Shown: piece after piece, positions 1 through 8,565 of the stretch | Layout of the letters: each line of letters begins with the position of its first letter | How positions within the stretch are numbered: position 1 is the stretch's first letter | Assembly (NCBI GenBank): GCA_049999805.1 | Contig: JBNGIO010006284.1 | Coordinates: forward strand, 1 to 42,171 | Length of the DNA stretch: 42,171 nt | Direction of reading: 5' to 3' | From: Folioceros fuciformis | Taxonomy: Eukaryota | Position numbers and translations under genes: made by a program | Notes under the pieces: generated by a model | Told to the model about the DNA's origin: nothing | Seen by the model: only the letters and a program-made list of their open reading frames with translations | Database searches by the model: none

Positions 1-1200
1 CCCCTCCACAGCTGCCAGCCTTCTCCTGTACGCCAGATTGAACAAACCCTGAGCCAATCCTCCCTTCCCCTCCACCTGTTTCCTCACCCCGTCCCGAACC
101 CGATCCAAAATAGCAGGCACCGCCGTCATCAGCGTCGGCCTGAGCTCCGACGCGTCTCCCTTACTTCCCTTCTTGATCTTGCTGCTGTTGTCTGTCAATG
201 TCAAGGGAGAACCATACCCGATACCAGCCCCCTTCGCACACATGGTAACTTCCGCCTCCAGCTCCAGCACATGCGCAAGAGGGAGGTAGGCAATGTAGAC
301 ATCCTTGGGCCCCAGATCAGGCACAAGCTGCGAAACCCCGCCCACGGTTGCCACAATGTTGCGATGCGACATCACCACTCCCTTCGGCAGCCCTGTACTC
401 CCGCTGGTGTACATGATGACAGCAACATCCGAGTCTGACGGCAGATCCGCCTCTGCCGGACTCCTTTCCCCCGAGCTCTCCACTCCAGAGAATCCCACCA
501 CGCTCCACGCAGAGCTCCGGCCATTTCTCCCCACCTGATCCAGCTCCTGCCCGGGATCCTCCATGACCACCACCCTCTGCACGAAGTGCAGTTGTTCCCC
601 AAGACCCTCCAGCTTGGAGAACTGCTTCCTGTCGCAAATGATGGTGGAGACCTCGGTCTCGTTGAGGGAGAAGGCGAGGGCGTCCTCACCCAAGGAGGCG
701 TAGATGGTGACCACGGGCGCGTTCCTGCGGAAGCAGGCCTGGGCTGCGATGAACCATTCCGCTCTGGTTTCCGCGAAGATGGCCACCCGCTCGCCCTTGC
801 CGTGCCCGATGACGGCCAGGCCGGAGGAGAAATTGCACACCCGCTGGAAGACCTGGGCGTACGAGAGCCAGAGGTACGGCCCGAGGTGGAGCTTCTCCAT
901 GGCGCGCCCGTCCGGACCGGTCAAGACCTCCCGGGAGAGCACCTCCCTGGTGCCCAGGAGGCGATGGTGGGCGTACCTCTCCTTGCATGCGTTCTCGAAG
1001 AGCGTAGGTATGGTGACCGCGCCCTCGCTGTCCGCCACCAGGGTAAGGAACCTCCCGTTCCGGAAGGTGATGGCGTCCGGTGTGGATGCCCCGAGCTCGG
1101 ATGCTAGAACTCCCCGCTGCTTGCGCTTCTTCCTTCCCTGTCGCCACGCCATGGTGACTGCCAGTGCGGCCGCCATCCCTGCCACCACGCCTGCTGCCAT
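1..1200 (-). CDS. LACS: Long-chain acyl-CoA synthetase, LACS8/9-like; 5' part, continues beyond the left edge of the window
   Basis: Manual minus-strand translation from ATG at 1200 is open to position 1: MAAGVVAGMAAALAVTMAW...AIFAETRAEWFIAAQACFRRN..VVTIYASLGEDAL...AVIMYTSGSTGLPKGVVMSHRN (AMP-binding motif)...YIAYLPLAHVLEL...GYGSPLTLTDNSSKIKKGSKGD. It is absent from the ORF track because there is no stop in the window. No intron in these 400 codons. Confidence 0.93.
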   Translation of the reverse strand, partial: MAAGVVAGMAAALAVTMAWRQGRKKRKQRGVLASELGASTPDAITFRNGRFLTLVADSEGAVTIPTLFENACKERYAHHRLLGTREVLSREVLTGPDGRAMEKLHLGPYLWLSYAQVFQRVCNFSSGLAVIGHGKGERVAIFAETRAEWFIAAQACFRRNAPVVTIYASLGEDALAFSLNETEVSTIICDRKQFSKLEGLGEQLHFVQRVVVMEDPGQELDQVGRNGRSSAWSVVGFSGVESSGERSPAEADLPSDSDVAVIMYTSGSTGLPKGVVMSHRNIVATVGGVSQLVPDLGPKDVYIAYLPLAHVLELEAEVTMCAKGAGIGYGSPLTLTDNSSKIKKGSKGDASELRPTLMTAVPAILDRVRDGVRKQVEGKGGLAQGLFNLAYRRRLAAVEG

Positions 1201-1457
1201 GGGCGGCCTGAATTGCGCCCCGAATTTGGGCTGGAGCCTGTCACAAGATCGTTGCTGCTGCTGGCGGGCAGACTGCAAGGCGGAGGCCAACGAGAACGAA
1301 TGCGAATACTAACTGGAACGGAAGGAAGGAGGCGTGACTACGGGGGACGCAGAGAAGCAGGCAGAGGCCGGCACGGAAGAAGAATTGACGCAGCACCAGG
1401 CTGCGAGGCTGCGTTGCTAGCAAGCCTCTTAACAAAGCTGTGCGTGAATGCCCTCTT

Positions 1458-1467
1458 ACATATATAG
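1458..1467 (-). promoter_or_regulatory. Putative TATA box of the LACS gene
   Basis: TATATAT on the minus strand about 260 bp upstream of the LACS ATG, in an otherwise GC-rich stretch. Confidence 0.35.
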
Positions 1468-1500
1468 TAACTCAACACAAGACAAGCACCCGTCGAGACA

Positions 1501-1790
1501 GGAGGCTGCCGGCACCTCGGTAACGTCTTCCAAGGACAGAGCTCGAAACAAGAGGCTGCAAGCCCCTTGGGAATGTGTTACAGAGACAGAGCTCTGAGCA
1601 AGATGCTGCAGGCACCTTCGTCACGCATTACAGAGACACAGTTCTGCACAAGATGCTGCAGGCACCTTCGTCACGCATTACAGAGACACAGTTCTGCAAA
1701 AGATGCTGCAGGCACCTTCGTCACGCATTACAGAGACACAGTTCTGCAGAAGAGGCTGCAGGCACCTGGGTAACGTCTTCCACCAGACGA
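1501..1790. repeat. 50-bp tandem repeat, about 6 copies
   Basis: agatgctgcaggcaccttcgtcacgcattacagagacacagttctgca(c/a/g)a starts at 1601, 1651 and 1701 (near-identical), with diverged copies at 1501, 1551 and 1751. Confidence 0.92.
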
Positions 1791-2189
1791 AAGGGCTGCA
1801 GACAGCTTTGCTGGCTTAGTAGCAGCAGACACAGAAGACAAGCACCAGACGAAAGGGCTGAAAGCAGCTTTACTGTGAAACCAACAGAAGCTACTAGATG
1901 ACTCCACAGTAGAGTCTGCTATTATCTCAACAGCGGATAAGAGGCTGCAGTCAGCATTGCAAGTAGCTCAACAGACACAAGCTCTGGCCCACCGAGAGTG
2001 CGGGAAGCAAAACCGTCCGAGCTCCCAACCGTGTGCCGGGCCCTGCCAACACAGTATTGTACCATACAACAACACCACCCTATCCTACAAGTACCACATC
2101 CCTATTCCACAAGACGGTCAGTCGATGGTCGTTGTCTTGACCTCCGTCCCACACAACGCCAACGCTAAAGCCCACCCAGGAAGCTCCAC

Positions 2190-2690
2190 TTGGAAGCAGC
2201 TGCAACGAGAGACTTGGTTGTGCCACAGGTTGGGCTGTGGTGGCGGACGCCGGCCTTACGTGGATCTGGCTGGCCAGTAAGCCGGCAAATTCGGGACAAA
2301 GATCCCACTTCTTTCCTGACAGGCTGACGAAGCATATAGGTAGGCGTCGTTTTCCAGATTCATTTGCCTGGCTCCCATGTACTGCACTTTCCGCGTTCCA
2401 GCTACCGTTGGTCCAGTCACTTGGGGTCTGGAAGAGGCTGGTCCAGGTGGCGATATCCATATCCTCCACGCCCGACTGTCATAGGTCCATACCCTGTGGG
2501 CCCGAATTCGAAACTCGTCTGTTGAATCGCTTTCAGGACATCGACGTACGGGACCATAGAAGCTTGCAACCAACAACCAGTGCTTCGATGTCCACTGCCA
2601 ACCTGATGCTTCAACAAGGGAGGTCCACTCCCCTTGATGTGAGGTCACCAGGATCGGAATAGACTGGATTGGTTGCACAAGGCACACCGG
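2190..2690 (-). pseudogene. Possible decayed C-terminal fragment of an F-box/Kelch-like gene
   Basis: Pieces in different minus frames: HRVWTYDSRAWRIW, ATWTSLFQTPSDW, FVSLSGKKWDLCPEF. These resemble beta-propeller motifs of plant F-box proteins; weak. Confidence 0.25.
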
Positions 2691-2789
2691 TGGCTGGCTA
2701 CACAGGAGCTAACGAGCCGCGATGTGGACCACAATCAATGGATTATGCAGCAAACCAAGCACAACACGAGAAATAACATTGGTTCAATA

Positions 2790-3110
2790 ATTATATTTAG
2801 AATTAATTGATAATAATAAAATAAAATAATCTACCAAAAGACTTCCACAGGACCAGAGCAATGAACTCAACTTAACTTTGGTTTATTCATATCTCTCATG
2901 ATTGATCGAGAAACAACGAAGAGGCTCTCGATGACTAGAATTTATATTTAGAGTAAATTTATTATAATAAAATAAATAAATAAATTATTATCAAATACTT
3001 TTGAAGGATAAAAGTAATGAACTTAATTAAATTTTTATATATTCATATAAAAAGTATTTTTTCATGATCAATCGACAAAGGAAGAAGAGGCTATCGCAAA
3101 GTAGTAGAAG
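2790..3110. repeat. Degenerate AT-rich tandem duplication (2 copies of about 150-170 bp)
   Basis: Two copies (about 2790-2940 and 2941-3110) share ordered blocks: ttatatttaga, taataaaataaa, aatgaact, tattcatat, tcatgat..atcga, gaagaggct.tcg, tagaa. Confidence 0.7.
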
Positions 3111-3176
3111 TGAACACTATATATGTAGGACTGGGTGTGCCATAATAGGTATCTCTTTTTTGTTCTACCTTGTGCA

Positions 3177-4805
3177 ATGGTTTATGCTATGATGCCAAAG
3201 ATGGGATTATGTGTTGTACTGTGTTTGACCTTATTTTGGGCTTTGTGCAATGGCATGGACACTAAAGCTGACTGGGTCTCAAGTCTTGAGATTACATCCA
3301 TTCCGGGGTTTGATGGGAAATTTCCATCCAAACATTATGGTGGCTATGTGGAGATTGATGAGAAGAATGGAAGATCTCTCTACTACTACTTTATTGAGTC
3401 TGAAGGCAATCCTCAGAACGACCCTGTTCTTTTGTGGCTCAATGGTGGACCTGGATGCTCTAGCTTTGACGGATGGATATATTCGCACGGGCCCTTCAAC
3501 TTTGTACCATCCAATCAACAGGGGGGATTGCCACAATTGACAATCAATCCAAATAGCTTATCGAAAGTAGCTAATGTGATATACTTGGATAGTCCTGCTG
3601 GGGTAGGCTTTTCATTTTCAAAATTGCAAACGGATTACAACACCAGTGACACAAAGACTGCCCAAGATACGCATGAGTTTCTCTTGAAGTGGTTCATGCT
3701 TTTTCCTCAGTTTCAAGTGTGTTTCTCTCCTTGCTTTTGTTGAGTTTGCTTTTTGTTCTTTTAGCAATGGTATAAGAAACCTAACAAGCTAACATGGTTT
3801 TCATTTGTGTGTGTGTTTTTGCAGTCCAACCCATTGTATTTGAGTGGTGAGTCTTGGGCAGGTGTATACATACCTACTTTGGCCACGCAAGTTGATTCTG
3901 GGATAAAGATAGGAGTGCAACCAATGTTAAACTTGAAAGGTTATGCTGTGGGAAATCCTTGGACGGATGATGTGATAGATACAAACTCATATTTGCCATG
4001 TCTTTATGGCATGGCTTTGGTGTCACCCCAACAGTATGAAGCAGCTCAGACATCCTGCAACAATAGCTATGTACCGCCATATACTTCACAGTGTTATGAC
4101 ACATTGGTGCAGATTGATGAAAGCACTGTAGATATCAATGAGTATAATATCCTCCAACCTTGCTTCCACGAACCGAGTGGACAGACATCTACAACCAACC
4201 TATCAAGAATTTCTGAACTTGGCCTTCGAAATAAGGTCTTGAAGACTCCTCACCGGCTACCCTTAGACCGAGTAAGATCTCTGGGATTGGAGGACTTTCG
4301 TACTGTACATAAGTCACTTAGGGGTTCTATTAACGCTGAGCAGAGTCATCGTGTGATGGTCCCATGTTTTGATGATAGTCTTGCAACAAATTGGTTGAAC
4401 CATGAGGCCGTTAGAAGCGCCATCCATGCACAACCCAGCTCTGCCGGCCAGCCATGGGTTTTATGCACAAATGTTTTAACTTACGACCATGATGCAGGAA
4501 GTATGATACCCTTGCATGAAGAGTTGACCAAAAACTTGGGTTACAGGGCTTTACTATTTAGTGGTGACCATGATTGTAATGTGCCTTACATAGGTACAAG
4601 ACAATGGACAGAAGGATTGAAATATAGCACTGTCAAGGCTTGGCGCCCATGGTATACCCAACAACAAGTGGCTGGGTTTGTGGTGGCATATGATCATGAT
4701 CTATCTTTTGCGACAGTTAAAGGTGCTGGACATAGAGTAGCACAATGGAAACCTGCAGAGTTCTTGGCCATGATTCAAGGCTGGTTGCAAACAAAGGAGC
4801 TCTGA
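3177..4805 (+). CDS. Serine carboxypeptidase-like protein (peptidase S10, SCPL20/21-like); exons about 3177-3716 and 3825-4805
   Basis: Signal-peptide-like N-terminus; LYYYFIESEGNPQNDPVLLWLNGGPGCSS; YLDSPAGVGFS; GESWAG (catalytic Ser); SGDHD (Asp); ATVKGAGH (His). GT..AG intron at 3717-3824. The start could also be the ATG at 3189, 3192 or 3201. Confidence 0.93.
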
Positions 4806-5019
4806 ATGTAGAATGTTGGGATGGAGTTTTTGTCATATTAGCTTCTACTACTAAGCATAGTTGATCTAAGTAGAGCAGGTATCATGATATCATTTCAAAG
4901 TCGTGAGGATGTTGTTTCTGTTGTGTACTGCTCATTCTCCGGGCAGCAGGAGTCCAAGAGCTAGTCTTGAAATAAAGATTTACACGATTTGAGTTTGGCA
5001 CAAAACTAAGCATGAATTG

Positions 5020-7305
5020 TCAATGTCGATCCCCACACGAACACGACCCATCAATGAAACGGTGTACTCGGTGGATGTCTCGAACAATTATCTCTCGGTT
5101 TTCGAGCCTTGACATGACCTTGGTACCGCTGTGACAGTCATCGCACATACGAAGGTTCTTGGTCACTAGCAAAGGTGTGCCATCAGGTGTGTTGAGGAGC
5201 CCAAAGGCCAGGGCTAGTTTCTCAGCGTGGCCACATAATGCATCTTCTTTTTCACTCTCAGACATTTCCTGCAGCACCAACTCGGTATGAGGCACGTGAC
5301 CTCCGTCCTTCAGCCTCTTATTCAAGGTACTGAGCTTTGATGATATTTCTGGTCTCTCTTCCCCAACGGTGAACTCGTGGACTTTGTTATTCAGTTCGAT
5401 GCAGGCCCTGGCAGGCTTCTTCTTGGCACCTGCAGTCTTTCTCAAACTCTCTATCATGTCGACATCCCCCCACCTGCCGGCGCCTGCATAAATGTGTGCC
5501 AAAAGCACATACGCCAGAGAATATTGAGGTTGCAACTCAGTAAGGCTATCAAAACATCTCCTGCCACGATCTACGTCTCCATAGTTTTTGCATGCAGCTA
5601 GGAGTGATGTCCATCCAACAACATCACTTTGAAATGGCATAGTTCGCAGCATATGTTCTGCCTCATCGAGGTGCCCGGACCGCCCAAGAAGATCGACCAT
5701 GCAATTATAATGCTCCAGGGATGGCTTCAGGCCATGGTCCGCCATCATTTTGAAGTACTGCTTGCCTTCAGTCACCAGGCCCTCGTGACTGCACGCCACG
5801 AGGAGGCAGGCGAAAGTAGCATCATCAGGCCTGACACCATGCTGCTGCATCTCTTCGAAACATTGCAACGCCATTTGACTGTCACTGCCTTCAGCATAGG
5901 CATTCAGCAAAGCAGTCCAGGTCACTACGTCTCTGGTAGGCAATCTGTCGAAGACCCTGCGAGCGTCGTCCACGCTCGCACATTTCCCATACATGTCCAC
6001 TAGACAGTTGCCGACAACAACATCAGCTTCCAATCCCCGTTGCTGGATCTGTGCATGGAGCTGCTTTCCCTGATTCAGAGCTCCAACGGTTCCGCATGCT
6101 TGCAGGAGGGCCACGAATGTAACCTGATTTGCAGGAGTGATGCCCTCTCGCTGCATATCAGCAAAAAGAGAAAGGGCCTCTACGCCGAGCTCGTTTTGCG
6201 CATATCCTGAAATCATGGCAGTCCATGTCACCACATCTCTGCACGGCAATGTGTCAAAAACCCTGCGTGCATCCTCCAAGCTCCCACACTTTGCATACAT
6301 GTCCACCAGGCAGTTCCCCACGAACATATCAGGCTCCACTGCACTCGTCAAAATATCCCTATGCACCTCCGCGCCAGCAGCCAAATCTGCTGCAGCGGCA
6401 CACGCCTTTAGGACAGCCACGAACACATAATTGTCTGGCTCCGCAGCAGACTCACGCATCTGCCGATACAGCTTGACCGCCTCCGACGCTTGTCCGTGCT
6501 CAGCATGAGCCTTGATTATGGAAGCCCACATAAAGGTGTTGGGACAAGCCACCTTGCTGAACACCTCCTTCGCTTCAGCCAGCTTCCCATGGGCAGCATA
6601 CATACAAATAAAGTGATTACCTAGAAACGAGTCTGACCCATGCCCACCTCTCAAACTGAGAGCATGAACTCGCCTGCCAAGCACCAGATCCCTCTGAGCA
6701 ATGCACTTCTTAAGCACACGGTAGAAGAGGGAGACCTCCACAGCCCGACCTTCGTGCACAAGAAGGTCCAAAGCATCCACAGCACCTCCAAGATTCCCCT
6801 CCTCAAACAACTTATCCCATTTCTCAACCCCAAAGCTCTCTCGATACATGCCAGTGTCACTACCCGAAGTTGTTGTAGTCCCTTCAGACGCATCCGCTGC
6901 TCGGGTGGACTCCAAGCCTGCTTGAGAGTCCCACAGAGCAAGCTTGGAGTCCACCCAAGCAGGCTTGTTTCTGTTGTCCATGTACAGGGCTTCCTTGGAC
7001 CTTTTGTGCCTGAAATCAGGATGACGGGGGCTCCTCTTCTCGTGCCGGTTGTCCCACCACTGCGTGGGGTCTAAGAAAAAGTCTTGCCACAGCACTTCCT
7101 GTCTATCTTTGTGAGTAATTCTTTCGCCCGTGGAGCTCCCTCCAACCCGCAAATCAAACCCGACATTTCCCGGCAAGGGTGGACTGGACACAGGACAGCG
7201 GATGCAACCAAACGAGGAATTTGATAACCATCCATCGAGGCGTGCCTGCTGAATCCTGCTGTTCACCAAGTCGGGAACCAAAAAAATTGAGCTGGCACAC
7301 ATCAT
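5020..7305 (-). CDS. PLS-class PPR protein with E1/E2 and a DYW:KP (DRH-type) deaminase domain, plus an N-terminal OSB-like PDF motif; candidate organellar RNA-editing factor
   Basis: Intronless ORF, first ATG at 7305. About 11 P/L/S repeats, then E1/E2, KKPARACIE, HAEKLA, CDDCH, ending CSCGDRH. N-terminal WQDFFLDPTQWWDNR..PDFRHK..EAL..PAWV motif. Confidence 0.95.
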   Translation of the reverse strand: MMCASSIFLVPDLVNSRIQQARLDGWLSNSSFGCIRCPVSSPPLPGNVGFDLRVGGSSTGERITHKDRQEVLWQDFFLDPTQWWDNRHEKRSPRHPDFRHKRSKEALYMDNRNKPAWVDSKLALWDSQAGLESTRAADASEGTTTTSGSDTGMYRESFGVEKWDKLFEEGNLGGAVDALDLLVHEGRAVEVSLFYRVLKKCIAQRDLVLGRRVHALSLRGGHGSDSFLGNHFICMYAAHGKLAEAKEVFSKVACPNTFMWASIIKAHAEHGQASEAVKLYRQMRESAAEPDNYVFVAVLKACAAAADLAAGAEVHRDILTSAVEPDMFVGNCLVDMYAKCGSLEDARRVFDTLPCRDVVTWTAMISGYAQNELGVEALSLFADMQREGITPANQVTFVALLQACGTVGALNQGKQLHAQIQQRGLEADVVVGNCLVDMYGKCASVDDARRVFDRLPTRDVVTWTALLNAYAEGSDSQMALQCFEEMQQHGVRPDDATFACLLVACSHEGLVTEGKQYFKMMADHGLKPSLEHYNCMVDLLGRSGHLDEAEHMLRTMPFQSDVVGWTSLLAACKNYGDVDRGRRCFDSLTELQPQYSLAYVLLAHIYAGAGRWGDVDMIESLRKTAGAKKKPARACIELNNKVHEFTVGEERPEISSKLSTLNKRLKDGGHVPHTELVLQEMSESEKEDALCGHAEKLALAFGLLNTPDGTPLLVTKNLRMCDDCHSGTKVMSRLENREIIVRDIHRVHRFIDGSCSCGDRH

Positions 7306-7558
7306 TCCAGCAGCTTCAACGCACAAACAACATCAGGTCCTCCAAACTGCACCAGCAGCTCGCGGTACCCGTGGTTCGCGGGGCAAATCGTTCAACAGAT
7401 CGATCTCCAACGTACATTTCGCTACTACCCCGACAAAAACGAAACCGTGGCTCGGATTCCAAACTCCTGATCGTAGCAAGATTCCTTGAGGACGACGTAC
7501 ACATCTGTGTCCCTTCCGCAAGTCATGTATTGGCGATGGCGAAGCTACGTGTTCCAGG

Positions 7559-7567
7559 AAACCCTAA
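7559..7567. promoter_or_regulatory. Telo-box (AAACCCTAA) upstream of the PPR gene
   Basis: Exact aaaccctaa about 250 bp upstream of the PPR ATG; telo-boxes are known plant promoter elements. Confidence 0.3.
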
Positions 7568-8565
7568 CTTGGGAGAGGAGACGCCATAGTAGCTTCGCAC
7601 CTGTGTTCAGCAGAATTCAGTTCAGGGAGAGCATGGCTGAAGGAGCCTCTCCTAGGCCCAGTCCTACCTAGGGAGAACGGAACGTAGCGTGGCTGAAAGA
7701 CCAGCCATGAGTGTGGAGGAAAGGATGCAGCTGCGAGCAGTGAAGGACGACAATTTGAGATGCACACTAAGAAGGCCATATCCATGTTCCCCCAAGTCTT
7801 GTATCTTGCTCTCGATTAACAGGTCTGTGTCCTTTGGTGTCAGTCATGAAATCTCCCTTGGCCTCTGGACAATATCTGACGATGCTGCTAAAATACTGAA
7901 GAGCTTCGACAATCAACCGTCAGTCAAATATGTAGTGTAGTAAGACCTTCGTGTGGATAGTTGAGCTTAGCTTACGCGACATCCAGAGAACGAGGCCGAT
8001 TGCCAGGACCGGAGAGGATATCGACGAAGGGGGACAACATTCTTCTGATGCATTTTTCTTGTCCTCAACTCAGTCTGGCTCAGAGGCCACCGTGCCACGT
8101 ATGCACGAGCTTTGCTTGAACCCTGTCACGTTCAATGTACTCCAACCCCTAACCCGATGTGGCACGGTGGGCACCCTAAACCCTTAATAGGTGACAACAC
8201 GCACTCATCCTAAGCAGCTGGTCGGGTATGTGGTCTCCTCAACTCCTCCCAAGGGGCAACAAGGAAAGACAGCAAGAGGTCATAGTCATAGCCTTCCAGC
8301 ACACTGAAATTTGAGTGAAATGTTCAAGGCTGCTACTAGTGCGATCATCTTTCCTGTGCATCTGGAAACCCAAAGAAGTAGCTGAGGGGCTCCATTCCTG
8401 TGCAAACCTCCAAGTAGCCTTAGGCACTATTGCAAGGAGTTCCACAAAATTGTCTAACATTATGGTACATGTAACTCACAATGAACCTCGAGCTGAAACA
8501 AAATAGGCAGATGCTGCAGAATGGAACTGATAGGACCCCTCCATCCTTCCCCCGTTCGATCTAAT

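Noticed and set aside
305-1312. Plus-strand ORFs (586-1107, 704-1312 etc.)
   Set aside because: Antisense shadows of the GC-rich LACS coding sequence.
1501-1790. CRISPR-like appearance of regularly spaced repeats (also 29406-29634 and 31827-31913)
   Set aside because: Units are head-to-tail with no unique spacers, there are no cas genes, and the context is eukaryotic.
2420-2460. WTSLFQTPSDW as a second PDF motif
   Set aside because: Lacks WDNR and PDF.HK; the similarity is too short.
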